Positions 26,501 through 41,500 of a stretch of 64,000 bases of DNA are shown here, piece by piece. The first letter of the stretch is position 1; the number at the start of each line of letters is the position of its first letter. Origin of the DNA: Antedon mediterranea (taxonomy: Eukaryota > Animalia > Echinodermata); assembly GCF_964355755.1 (NCBI RefSeq), contig NC_092674.1, positions 2,728,001 through 2,792,000 on the forward strand, read 5' to 3'. Made by a program: the position numbers and the translations under genes. Below the pieces are notes generated by a model. That model saw only the letters and a list, made by a program, of their open reading frames with translations. It searched no databases and had not been told where the DNA came from.

Positions 26501-29500
26501 TTTGTTGGTTTTTGGGTCAAACAAAATTAATTTCAATATTCGTTAATGGGCTTATGCCAAGCCATAAAATATATTAGTAATTATGGGCTTTACAAGTCTT
26601 CTATTTTAATTAGCTTCTCTAATCTCAATTACCTGTACATGGGATACTAAGGTTGTGTTCGTACGTATAAAAAAATAAGCGTTTATTTTCAACCTAGCCC
26701 CAAGGCATGCTTCATTCGTACGTACAGATTATTTACCGATTATAACCAGTTATGCCCATGCTTGGCCGGAAATTACGTTTAGAGGTCAGCCCGGTTTGTA
26801 ACCTACGACCCACAACAACGAATTGTTTCGTGCGAATTATTCAATTTTCTCTGTTTTGTATACGCCCTTTTCACGAAACGGAAGACATCGATCGATGACA
26901 AACAATGCCGTGCAACGAAGCGTAACCAACAGAAATAACATAGCGTTTTTAGCCTATTTTCGGAGGACAAGTTACTTAAAAATCCTTAACGGACAGTCGT
27001 ATGGACAAAATTTTTACTGTAAAATGTTCTTTAAAGATTAGCCTACATAACTGTGTGATTGAACAAAATTAGAATTTTTTTTTTTTTTCACTCATCGAAA
27101 AAACACCACGGTGTAAAGCATAGGCCCCGCGACTTTGCCGCGAAAAAACGCCTATGCTTATACACTGTGGTGTTTTTTTCGATGGATTTTAAGTAGTGAC
27201 AAAAAAATTTCTACTTTTTTCCAATCACACAGTGATGTAGGCCAATCTTTTAAGAACATTTCACAGTAATTTGTTTTCTCATACGATCCTCCGTTCAAGA
27301 GTTACGATTGAACATGGTGTCCTGAAATCCCCTGAAAACGCTATGTTATTTCTGTTGGTTACGCTTCGTTGCACGGCATTGTTTGTCAACGATCGAAGAT
27401 CTCTTTCGTTTCGTGAAAAAAGCGTTCGCTGTTATTAAATATTTTTACCAACTACAACTTGTTTTCTTACGACCACCCTTATGCCATTTCAAGCCAAAAA
27501 TCCTGCCGAGATATGCCTACTCCTTACGACCATTTTTATGTTACTTGACGATGATTTTGAGCCTACCCTGAACAACGATTTAGACCAAAATAATGACGAT
27601 CGACGTTCTAGCCCTGCACCAACAAGGACAACACCGCCTCAAACACGAACGTTGTTATCGGAGATTAATTACACGCCGTAGGCTGATCGGAGATTTATTA
27701 TACGCCCGTAGGCTGAATTTACCTCTAAATTTTTTACCTCGTTTGTTAAATAGCTAAAGGCAAAATTTAATTACCGCACGCGACTTCACATCGGGAATAA
27801 CTGGTAAATTTCAACCCGTACGAACGGGCCCTAAAACATAAGGAGTTCAGATCTTGTCAAGAGCAACCAATCAGATTACAGGATATTATAGGATGATTCC
27901 TCTTAAAATTAAATTACATAATGTATCAATGTTAATAAATAAACATGTGTCATTTGGGTGTAAGACAATGACTAGACATTTAGCCTTGTAAATTAGGATG
28001 TAAATATTAAAAGCAAAGACAATTATATTATCATATTGCACTTTTTAAAGAAACTGTGGAAATTACTTGATATTAAGCTGTCTACATTATCAAACTAGTT
28101 TGACAAAAAAAGTGTGATGTGTCCAAATATGGTGGTGATATGCCCAAATATGGTAGTGGTATGACATCAACATGTCAATATTATGGTCACATCACATTTT
28201 TTTGTCACATAAAGTTTGATAGTGTAGAGAGATCTTTAAGAAGGTGCTGACATTTCTAAAACTTGTTCAGGATAACAAACATATTACTTATAATCTAGCA
28301 TTTATTCATTAAAACAAAACATGTAATTTATACTAGCGTTTAATATTAATGTTAAAAACTTGACATTTTCTAAATTTGTCACTCTCTATTAATCAAAATT
28401 TATTCAAGCCGCACATGTTAGTTGGCTTGGATTAAGAATTGTAATTGGGTCAACTCTAATTGTACTACAGTAGCCCGACATACATTCACAGAAGAATCGA
28501 GCATAGCCATAGAAAAAAAAGCAACATGAAAATAGATATTGAAAAATGCCTACGCAATAGTAATACATTTACACACCCGTGGGACCGATTATTGCGCAAA
28601 GACGTACTTATTCTAGAGCATTTTTAAGAGCATTCATTACGTAGATATCACGACTTAGAAGTATTAATATTAGTCCTTGTTAACTTCTGATTGTTTCTCA
28701 CATTTTTTTTACTCCAAAAAATCAATAAATTGCACGAACTACGTACAATGTTAGAAAGAACTTTTGAATTTGAATAAGGTAACCTTTAGTTTTAATATAT
28801 TCCTGACAGAAAGATTATATTAAATTATTGTAATTTTTAATATATAAAGGATATTCATTGAATAGAATCTACTGTATTCTGTCTTGTTCGGCAAGACCAT
28901 TAACAATGACACAAAATTAGGATACTACTAAAGTACCATTAGAAAAAACAGTTAAATTAAATAAACTTATCAATGAAATTATACAAAAATAATATACTAA
29001 ACACGCAATTATAACTACAGATCAAGGGCACAATAAAGGGCAATTACCAGACTAGTTGATAATGAATAAGTGGCTGAATGGATACTTATTGTAAAGCTCT
29101 GTCTACACTATCAAACTAGTGTGATGTGCCAAATACATCATCATCATCATTATCCGTTACGCTATTCGTCTTGGGTAGACATTGCGTACGCTAATCGTTT
29201 CCATGACTCTTTTTCGGTGGTCTGATGGTCTGTCATTAATTTTGCGATCGATGTATTTGCTTTTTTGAGCAAATACATGTTAGTGATATATCCAAATATG
29301 GCAGTGATATTACATCATCATGTCCATATATGGGCACATCACACTTTTTTTGTGAAACTAGTTTGATAGTGTAGACAGAGCTTACAAAAACTGTCATCAT
29401 TTAGGTAAAAGAACAAGAAAAAAGATGAGCTCATTGTATACAATTACTAGGGGCCTGATATTTCTCTGACCCCCTTAGGATCACCATGATAAAGCCATGG

Positions 29501-32500
29501 TGGTCACCCTTCCAACAAAAAGACAATAAATGATGGAGAGAGATAGGGGCATGTGCCGGATACTATTTAGGATGATGGAGATCTATTTCCTCTATAGCAT
29601 CTACATGCAGCAAGGTAAGACCTTGATGGTTTATGGTAACAATGTGCTATTGTTATTCGGAAATGAATACTGTATTTTCACAAGAAAACATACAATATGC
29701 TGATACTGTTTATAATATACTGATACTGTACATAGTGTTAATGATGATGTAATGATGAAGCCATTTACTGTTAGTTAGTATATCCAAAATTCTATAGTAA
29801 TTCAGGGTCATGCAGTGTGCTAGAGGTACAAAGAGTAAGAGGTTTTATAAATAAACAACACAAAATAACATTGTTATAATCTAAGGCTGTATTGTTTAAA
29901 TTTTAATAAAAGATAGAATATTGACATTACATATTTTATTGTAGATTAGAAAGCTCATAAAGTATCATTATACAAATATATTCAACAGTTTTTAAATTGA
30001 AGGAAGTATTGTATTAAAGAAGTATACTTTATTTGTATTCAAGTGTTCTACAATGTTGATATTAAACAACAAAACCTAAAAAAATGGGTAATTTAGGAGG
30101 TACAGGCTTGATACAACAAAAGTTGAATTTACATTTTTGGGCTTACTACAATATTACAAATTGGGAGGCTGAGGAAAGGGAAATGCTGAGTTTGTAACTG
30201 TGTTTAATTGCAATAATAAGATAACACACGATAACTTTATTTCATCCACAAAACAAAAGGAAATAATGGTGCTTGTCTCATACAAAGTTAAAACATTAAC
30301 GGAAAAAACAAATATCAAAACAATTCTATACTAAGGTTTAATTGAACAGAATTAAAATACACTTACCATAGCCTGTTCGATCTTGTTGTCAATCTCGCCT
30401 CCAGCGCCGGCACTGCAACGAATAAAAGCAACAATTACATCCCAATTGCTAAGTGTTTTCCCCTCTTTCATGGCAGACTTACATTTTGGAGTACGCATTG
30501 GAATATAGTTGTTGTTATTATTGTTATACAAGCAAATATTGGCTGTAGCCATCAAAGCAATAATCGACGAAATAGAAGTTCACTCGTGTTGCTATCACAC
30601 ACACACGTACTCCTGTTAGTTATAGCACCAAACTTTAGCACAACTTGTCGAAAACAAAAAGGTTTAGTCTCTTGGTTTGCCCTTGAAATGTTACTGGATA
30701 CAGATTGGAATAGATTCCTTGTATAAACAGTCAGATATATTGCTCAAAACTATAAAAACAGTGCTTTTTAGGGATATTATATTAACATGTGTTTACAAGC
30801 GTTAATACAGTCACGACTATTCCCGGTCACTCAAGCTAATGACCTCCCGTATTTGGTACAATATTATTAATTCTGGAAATTTCCCCTTATGGATAGATCC
30901 AAAATGTTCAAAGGAATACACAAGAAAAAGGAAAAGACAATCGTTCCAATAAAATGTTATCAGATATAAAACAATACAACAAATATTGTTTTTATTGAAT
31001 AATAATTATAAATTTATAAAAAAAGTCAGATTATAAATGTTCAAAAAAAAAATACATTAATGTAAAATTTAGTCACATCCCCATATTAATAATAGACTAA
31101 TCCGTTACTTAGGTCAATACACAGTCAGGAATGGAAAATTCCATTGAGTTAGTTTATCAGGCTGTATACATAACTGTGATGTCACCTTGGAATAGTCCAT
31201 TGTCTTATGAAGGGTATTGTTAATAATTATATAAATGAGGCATTATATTACTGTTGTGTATACTATACAAGGACAATAGAACACAACAAGGAAGTCAAAC
31301 AATGTAGCCCTGTTAACAAGAAACAATGTAACTTAACATTGAATTTCTTTGAACTGAATAAAGTAAACACTTAAGATTACCATTGTAACCTTTGGCATGA
31401 TTGGTTACTGGTACCCATTGGTATTATTCTACTAATCAAATTAATTTGTACAACACCACCGTTAAAAATTTATCGTTGTTTTTTAATTAATCAATTAATA
31501 ATATTGTGTATTTTAACTGCACTTGACTTTACTGAGAAAATTTTCTTTTTCATTCATTATACTAATTTTAATTAGTTATACCAAAAAAAAAAGCGCCAAT
31601 AGCCAAAGCTAATTTGCTTAGATCTAAGTCACTAGCCATCAATCTATTTACGCACTAGTATGAATAATAATTACCTACAGTAACTACAAATTTATAAAGT
31701 CAAATACCAAGTTGTTTACTTTTTACTGTGCTTTACTGAGAAAACTGAAATTGGTATTCATTTATTACTATTATTTTTAATTAGTAAAGTCTAATGAAAT
31801 ATCAATGTCGTTAACTTAAAGCTCTGTCTACACTATCAAACTTTATGTGAAAAAATATGTGATGTACCCATACATGGACATGATGATGTCATATCACTGC
31901 CATATTTTGGCACATCACATTTTTTTGTCAAACTAATTTGATAGTGTAGACAGAGCGTTACAAGATGTTGGACATTCATTCCGGGTTAGCACTAACTATA
32001 TCCTGCTATAAAATTAAAATGCCTTTGGTTATAATTTGCACTATAATATGAACTGAATCTATTGATTTAATGATTCACAGTATTTTATATGATACATGAT
32101 TTTATAAATCCCTTTTACAAAATAGTGGGAGCCAAATATAATTTAAGATATTATTTGCATATTTAAATTAAATTTTTGCGTAAATAAATGTATGGTAATA
32201 TAAATGGCCATGAAATATGTATGTACATTATGAGTATACTGTAGTAGAATTTATCAGTAACTGTCATGGGAGTTACATTACTTATTGCATAAAAATACAA
32301 CATATTATTATAGCACAAATAATATATTCTTTTCCATGTGCAGCAACATATTTGGTAGAATAATGCGTTTTTAAATAATTTTTTTCTTTTCACAGTTAAT
32401 CAAACTAGCAATGTGCTATTAGTTTTTCATATACTAGAACTAGATTGATGATGTAATTTATTTCAATATTTATTTTTTAATGTATTATGGTGGGCTTGAT

Positions 32501-35500
32501 CTACAAATTCTTTAAATTTAATGTTTTGTAGAAATAAATAAATTTATTTTATTATTATTATTAGCACACTTGCTAATGTAGTTAGTTCCTCATTTTGCTA
32601 GTTCAATTAAGTCTGTTTGTAGGTTTGCTAGTAAATAACAAATTTATTTTCTGGTACATGTAATTTAAATGTTTTATCATCGTGACTTCTTTTAGAGACA
32701 GGTCTATATTAAATGAAATTTTCTGTTCACAGTCCATCACTGTTGGTACTTTAATAAATAAATAAATATCGATTTTTAACTGCAATAACATTATCCCAAA
32801 TTACCTATTCATACACTAATCATGTGTGTCTAGACAAATTGTTATTCGTAAACAAAATGTGGAACACATCACCAGGTGCACCAGGTAAGCAGCAGGGAGG
32901 ATGCAACTAGACAACATGTTATATGGGTAATGATTCATTGTGAAAGTAAGAACTTAAATGAACTAGCAGCAGGTAGTAGTGGTATATTGATATAATACTA
33001 TACAACATCATTAGGACAGTACTGTATGGTACCATGAATCATATACTAAAAACAGCAGATAATAAAACATAATCACATTAATTTTAAAGATGTATTAAGG
33101 CCAATTAGGCATGATTTACAAATAGTTTCTTTCCAGGAGCTATTAGAGCCTTAAACATCATGTAGACACTTTTTGTAATGTTTTTGTTTTTGAGTTTGTG
33201 TTGTGTCCGTTGAATATTGTGCTCTGCCAACAGAGCAAACAGAATTTATATATTTTTTGTCTTAAAACAAATAATAATAAATGATACTTGACTACTTGAC
33301 TTGTATTGTCCCCCAAAAAACAGAAAAAAAGATTAATTAATTCAGACTTTGAATGTGTTGTTTTGTATTCTTAATAAAAAAAAAAATGTTTTCACTTATA
33401 AAATATATCTATAAGATATATCAAACTATTTTGACAAAAAAGTGTGATGTGTCCAAATATGGTAGTGATATGACATCATCATGTCCATATATGGGCACAT
33501 CACATTATTTTTGTCACATAAGATTTGATAGTGTAAACAGAGCTTTAAACATTCAAAATAAAATCAATAAAGAGAACTTTGATCAATTCTAATTCTGCAA
33601 ACTTCTTAACATATTAACTACTAACTAATCGTGTATGTCACTCAATAAACGTGACGGAGTTAATGTCCTATTGGTCATTCATTTGATGACATCATAAGTA
33701 ACCTTGCTATCGGCAATCTTATGTTGTAGCACGAATGGTTTACATAATTTCCATATTAAAATGTGTTGAGGTATGGTTTGAGGTAAACACAACTTTATTG
33801 GCAAACTGACAAGGTAAACACACAGGTAATATATTCTGTTTCTGTTTACTACTGCAGTATTTGGAATTGTGATTACGTATACAGGAGTGGGAAAAAGGCC
33901 AATGCACCAAAATGTCCCGGAACACTGACCTAGTAAAAGCTCTGTCTACACTATCAAACTTTATGCGACAAAAAAATGTGATGTGCCCATATATGGACAT
34001 GATGATGTCATATCACTACCATATTTGGGCATAACACATGATTTTGTTAAACTAGTTTGATAGTGTAGACAGAGCTTTATACACACTTTGTTTTGAATAT
34101 ACTGTAACCCCACCCCTAATTTTTCTGGCTGTTTTACATTAAAGTATTCACTAATTTGTTCACTGAGATACACACAGTCATATTTTCAGCGATTTTCCTT
34201 AAGATTTTTAGTTTGTTATAAATTGTATCAATAATTATACTATATTATGAATTAAAATAACTAAATCTGTATGTCTTACTCTTCTTCTGTGTAAACCATT
34301 GCAAACTAAGACCAACTGTGACCATATGCTCTCTTGGTTCAACAACATTTATTACGGTACTTCAAGTCAACCTCCAATTTATCATATCATAACGATGATG
34401 ATAATAAAATACTAGAAAGTAGTTATAACAATAAGTTTATCAGGTGCATCTATTTGACCTCATCTTAAATCAATATGACCTGTGCTACCAAGTTTTCCAT
34501 TAACGTTATGAATCTATTGTCCGTCAAGTATAATCAAAAACTTATTTTATTTAATTTATATGATTTTGCAGCATTTACTTAATAAATGGATATTACATTT
34601 AGTATTTATTATGAAAATCACTCTGAAAGACAAAATACGAAAATAAACAAACTGAGCAGAAGTTTTGGCAACATACTGGGACTGTTACAAAATTCAAAAT
34701 TCATATTTTGATTTAATTTGAATAGTGCTTTAAACTTTATAAAAATATAACAACTATTATAGATATCTGAATCTTGATACTGGCTAATATGTGTCCTGTA
34801 TCATAGGCAAATTGTGTAATACAGTGTCATATATGATACCTGTAAGATAGACCATAAGCCTAACACATGATGATGATACAGGATGAAATTATAATCTCAT
34901 ATGTGGAGATATAACGGGACAAAGAATTGCTTGTATACCTGCCAACTTTGGCCAATGTGCGAGACATTAAATTAAAGTTGTATATAGTGCCCTCTATGTG
35001 ATAGATAATAATAACTCAAAATAATCTTGAAATACGCCCTCTAATTTTTCACTGAATAAACATAGTCCTAGGCTAATTATGCTCAAAGTTATTTTTCCTT
35101 CAAACTAAGTAAGTTAATTTAAAAAATGTGTTAGATAAAATAATCTATGCCAAGTGGTATTGGATTGTACAACATAGACCTATAGGTTCCCAGGAAATGG
35201 CAAATAGAGGGCAGTATATAACTTTATTGTTGTTTAATTTGAATAGGATATTGTTGATTACCATGTGATATTGAATCCAGATTTGAAACAATGGTAAATA
35301 TAATGTAGGGCTTTGGTGATTCACAAAGCTCATATCAGAATATTGCCGACAAAATAAAATATTGAAAAGAAAAATAAAATTTGGATAATAGTAAAAGCAT
35401 TTATAATGTGCCATATATCCAATCACTGATTGCTCATACTCATAGGCCCGGTACAAATAAAACCATTATAAGATTTACAATAAAACAACTCCAAAAATAA

Positions 35501-38500
35501 TGACACCAATCTAAATGAGTAAATAACTTTAACTGATACAATTTAAAAAGAATACTTTTGGTACTTTTAACTAAATACATATAAATTGTTGCATATTTTT
35601 ATGTAAGGTAAAGTAACAAAAAATGTTTTTTAATTGTTAAAAAAACTGTTAATTGCATCTTATCTATGTCTTTCTTAAAAATATATTGTTAAAACTTTCT
35701 TTAGCGAAGATTAGAAACAATAATTAAAATAATAATTTATTAATTTGAAAATATTAAATTTCAAATAAAAAAATTCTTAATTTAATTGTGAAACTTGTTT
35801 TATTTATAAAAAAATGTGTGTTTCTTTCTAAAAACTAAACTCAAGATAAGTACGGAACAACTCGGCAACAGCTTTCTATTTATAGCTCATGTTACCCATG
35901 ACAACTGCTTAGATACGTATCTAAGCCAGTTGCAACTGGACAGAACCGAATCCGTGAGATAAGAATCGCAACTAAGAGTCTTTTAACCTGCTACGTGCGT
36001 GCCAATTAACCAAAACTTTTTGAAAATGTCAGAGAGTAGGAAGTATGAATTAGACTCGACGCTTATCGTACGTAGGCACATCAAAGTATAAAATACTGAA
36101 TACACTGTTACAATGGTAATCAGTTAATAACGTCCTGCATGTTGTTGTAATATGAGTATTCGGCGGGGATTCCCGGGACCTTGATTACTCATTGGCCGTT
36201 AAACCAACTTGCTTACTATCTGTCTTAAGTAACTATCAACACTATTGCATCAACTTCTTGCACCAATTCTACTGCATGCTACTAGTGTTGTTAATTCAAT
36301 TCTACTGCATGCTACTAGTGTTGTTAATTCAATTTAACTTGTACAATCAAATTAACTGTACTGAATATTGAAATGCTTTATTTGTCACCATCATAAAGTA
36401 ACAACAGAATCTTCTTAAAGGTATTAGTAAATTAAATATTAGTATAATAAAAAATAATATAAACAAAAAATTATATCATAAATATGCACACATTATTGCA
36501 CGAAAATTAATGCATAAAAAGAAAGATAGTGGCATCTTTTAAAAATGCTAAAGAAATCAATTTTAGTTTATTTTCATATTTATTCAACTAATGTTTAATA
36601 ACACTGTATTATGTATTGTGTTCTCTTTTTTTTTTTACCTTCCTGGCCATATTATATTCCTGGCCATATTATATTCCTGGCCATATTATATTCCTGGCCA
36701 TATTATATTCCTGGCCATATTATATTCCTGGCCTTTAGAGATGCAGTAGTCCTAAAAGCAATCCCTTTTTGGGACTTATTTTAGAGTAATACTAGTAATT
36801 TGCCAAAACAAGATTTTCTAATTTTCAAATACTTTTTGTTCTAAGTATTATGTGAAACGATAAATGAAATGAAAATTGTTCAAATTCCTTTTCTACAATT
36901 ATTTATTTTCAAGAATCCAGTCTTCTTTTTAGAAGCTGGCCGGCTCGTTATGTAAATTTGCAAAGTCGTTTGCGAGGCTATTGCCTTTTACAAGAATTAC
37001 CAGCTTAAAAACCTGCCTCAGAATCCCATTCTCATTTGTTTCTTCTTGAGCCATGATTTTAAACAACACTACTACAGCATTAATGCTAATATTTCAGAAG
37101 GCAATTTAGACTGTGCTATGTTATTTGGCTTTAAATTTTATTCATTTACTTTAAAAGAAATGTTATTGTAAATAAATAATATAATTTTGATTCACTCATT
37201 GTATTAGTAAACGATAACAGTTAACAAATTTCCATTTATTTCTTGTGACATGATTTTAAACAATACTACAACTGTAGCATTAATGTTAATATTTCAGAAG
37301 CCACTTTAGACTGTGCTGTTATTGGGCTTTGAATTGTATTCATTTCAAAGTAAATTGTAATTGTAAATTTAATTTTGATTCACTCATTGTAATAGTATTA
37401 AAATGATAATAATATTTCTTCTTATCATGGACATGTTGACTTCATCAAAATATTAATTCAATTTATTTACTGTAGTAGTATCAATAGTTTGCTACCAAAT
37501 TCACATGATTCAAATTTGCGCAGATAAACAGATTGTTGCGATAACCTATACATTACAGTACCGGCGAGAATTACTGCCCGATTTGGACGCGGCCGAAGCA
37601 GCATGTGCAAAGTCGTTTGCGAGGCTATTGCCTTTAACAAGAATATACTATCCATGACGCGTCAATCGTATCGACACTATACATGTAGTTTGTTTCATTG
37701 TGCACATGAAAGATTTACTTCTGCACTTTGATAGATTGTAGGTTCCGGCAACGACCAATGACACAGTAGTTCCGAGGTCGAAAGCTCTGTACAAATTTAA
37801 ACATTTTAATGAGAATCAAACGAGCAAGACAAGAAGAGTGTGTTTCGTTGTTTTGGAAGACGTTGAACTCTGTTTGTTGGCATGCTTCTGAACCAATAAC
37901 AACACTTGTTTAATGCCATCATGTACATTACAATGCACTCCTGTCAACGTACATCCCTTGATTATGCAATGTCATTGATGATAGCCTCACATTTATACAC
38001 ACCTGGTAATATGATCTAGTTCTTATAATATCCACTGGGAATTAGACTATAGAATTTGGTTGCAAATTATGGTTTTTTTGCGGTAAATAAAATAATAATA
38101 TTGGCCAAGACATTACAGTTTTGCAACCTGTGTTCACACACTTGAGGTAATCATGCATACAGAATTAAGCTCTGTCTACACCTGCACCATCAAACTAGTA
38201 TGATAAAAAAGTGTGATGTTCCCAAATATGGTAGTGATGTGCTCAAATGTAATTGTGATATGACATCATATCCATATATGGGCACATCACATTTATTGAT
38301 AGTGTAGACAGAGGTATGTGTCATTAACTCTAATACTGTTGTAATAATAATACCACATTTATATAGCTCCATTAAAACTGATAGCTTTTAGAAGTACAGA
38401 AGACCCCCTTACTAAGAAAGTGTCCCCTGAATAGAGGTGTTCCAACGGAAAGAAAGGGGGAAGGGAAGGTATTCTACTGTATCCAATGTAACTTTATAGA

Positions 38501-41500
38501 TTTCAGAATGTAATGTTAGACAAGTTCATAAGATCTTAAAAATGCTATATAGTATCTTACAGAGGTAACAATGCTTTACTTTTTTTTTTAAGTACCTGAG
38601 TGATGACATGATTACATCATTATTACAAAATACATGCAAGAAAAATCCCCTAAATAGAACTTCTATTATTGTTAAGTGGACACATTCGGGAAACAACAAG
38701 GTATAGGGGTTTGATGTAGTGTTAAAACATAATGATCCCTAGTCTTTTCATGTGAAAATGTCCCCTTAATAGGTGTCCCCTGAATAGGGGTTTGATGTAG
38801 GGTTGAAACATACTGACCCCTCGTCCTTTCATGGGAAAATGTCCCCTTAATAGGTGTCCCTTGAATAGAGGTTTGATGTAGGGTTGAAACATAATGATCC
38901 CTAGTCCTTTCATGTGAAAATGTCCCCTTAATAGGTGTCCTCTGAATAGGGGTTTGATGTAGTGTTAAAACATACTGACCCCTTGTCCTTTCATGGGAAA
39001 ATTTCCCCTTAATATAGGTGTCCCCTGAATAGGGGTTTGATGTAGGGTTGAAACATACTGACCCCTCGTCCTTTCATGGGAAAATTTATTAGGTGTGTCC
39101 CAGCAACAAATGTGTCCCAAAGAAGGGGTTCTAACTACATAATATATAGTCCTTCAATCCATTTGGTTATTGCTCACTTACCTACTGAAAATTGTGATAA
39201 CAGTAACAAGGGCCTGGTCCAATTCTTTAACCTTTGAATGCGTTTTATCATCATAATACGTTATGTCAGCAGGCATCTTTAACTTGCCTCTGTTAGGCCA
39301 AATCAATTTTTGTTTCATACTAAAAAACAATTTCACTCCTAGCAGTTGAAAGAATTTTCAAAATGAGCCGCAAAACTCTTCAGGAAAGAACAAGAACTGC
39401 CGGAACAACTACCTTCCTTAGAACTGACTTGCTAAACGTTTTCTTATCTCAGACGTAACTTAACGCAGATATCATACAGGTGCCGCAGAGCGAATGAACG
39501 CTTCACAAGCAGAGAATCGTTTATAAATGAGGCAATCAAGTGAAACATATGACAGCCTCAAGATGCTAAAACCGAAGAGTGAATCACCTTGTGCATTGCG
39601 AGTAAATATGCTAATTTGGCTGGCTTAGCTTTCAGCCAATCATAGCCATGCAAGGCAACTGAGCTGTGGAACTCAAGCATGACACAAATGTACAGGTACA
39701 TAAGCTTCATTTTTACAGGCCTACAGTATGGCAATATTCATTGATATCTCTAGGAATATTATTACAAAATATTACTAACTAACTGATATTACTGTACATA
39801 AGAGTTTAAACTGGAACAAATACAAAATATTCCAAGTTCCTTACTCACAAAAAAAACATTGGCAATGAATTAGATAGTTGACTATTAATTACCTCTTTCC
39901 TGATGTCTTTTATTATTATCTATCTACAGTAATACTCTAATACTAATACTCTAATAAACTAAATTTGCTGTTGTCGCATAATGTTCTGAATTACACAGAC
40001 TTAATGAGTCATGTGTAACTGTGATTTTTGCCGCTTTTTTTCTCCTTACCCTTCCCATTGTATGTATGTATTCTGTTCTTGTTGGTCAAATAAATAAATA
40101 AATAAAATCCCTATTTAAAATGACCAGTACTTGTGGCAGATAAAATTTTCGCCAACTGTAGCAAGCTACTGTACACACTACCACCTCAAATTTAGTTAAG
40201 GTTTATCAAAACTTTATGATTTCAGTACAAAATATTCTATTAGGGTGAATCATAGGTTTTGATACAGACAGACAGTAGAACACAAGGACACCCCTATCAA
40301 TTCTTTGGAGTATTGGAGAGCCACTTTGATAGTGCTTGCACTGTTGGCAATCCTCAGGGTACTCCATCCACACTTGTTTGTATAATGTGGTTTGGAGTAT
40401 TGGAGAGCCACTTTGATAGTGCTTGCACTGTTGGCAATCCTCAGGGTACTCCATCCATACTTGTTTGTATAATGTGGTTTGGAGTATTGGAGAGCCACTT
40501 TGATAGTGCTTGCACTGTTGGCAATCCTCAGGGTACTCCATCCACGCTTGTTTGTATAATGTTGGTTCTTTCTGTTTTTTGGACACCCCCATCAAGGGGA
40601 CCTCTTCTTTGGGACATTTCTATCAAGGAAACCCCTTCTTTGGGACACTCCTATCAAGGGGACTCCTTCTTTGGGACACTCCTATCAAGGGAACACCTTC
40701 TTTTGTACACCCTTAGCAAGGGAACCCCATAGGACGGCCAATATATCTTTTAACACTAAGACCAACCAAGGAATACTTTGTTGGGCCCCAAAGGTGTCCC
40801 CTTAATAGGAGTTCTACTGTATTCCACAACGAGACCATTAACAAACAAAGAACGTCTACAAACTATAATTACAATTCTTCGTAACTTGCGAGGAGTTTGT
40901 AATAAGCTGAAACTCGAAGTAGAACTACACGACATGGTTAGGAATTGGAATGTGATGTCATTGGCTTAATTTAAGTAGAACACTAAACTACCTCAAAATC
41001 TAAATACTATCTGTACACTATTAAAAAACAAATCAAGATGCAGGTATAGTAATGGTATGTTAGTATACTATGCAATTCCTTTTTTTAAAGATTCAATTAA
41101 AGATATACTGTATTGTCCCCCTACAATTTTTTTCACATTTTCTGTTGAATATGCCATTTTAATGTCACATAATATTTTTTCAATTTGACCAAAAACTGGA
41201 TCGGAAAAAAAAATTATATACCTGAAAAAAATGTAATTTAAAGCCAAAAATCTGTTTCCTTGGTGTTTTGTTTGTTTTTTTTTTACAGAATTCAATAACT
41301 TTATTAAAACTGCAAAATGGCCTATTTAAAGTAATTTTATTAATCTTCAGTTTTCATGTTTTTGGGAGACAATACATCTTTTAAATTACTGTTTTCTCTC
41401 ATTACCCAAAAGAAGCTAAATATAATACAGGGCGTGGAGAGATGCACATCTCTAACTAAAATTAAATTCTTTGCATAAAGACATTATAATAACAGGAATA

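Noticed and set aside
30413-30486. GTAAGT near 30485 as the donor of a small intron before the shared TSC22 exon
   Set aside because: It is phase 1 in the ATG frame while the shared exon needs phase 2, and the phase-2 frame has a stop with no ATG after it.
40206-40732. ORFs with a repeated CQQC motif (zinc-finger-like)
   Set aside because: They arise from an 87-bp x3 repeat inside a MITE and are not a credible gene.
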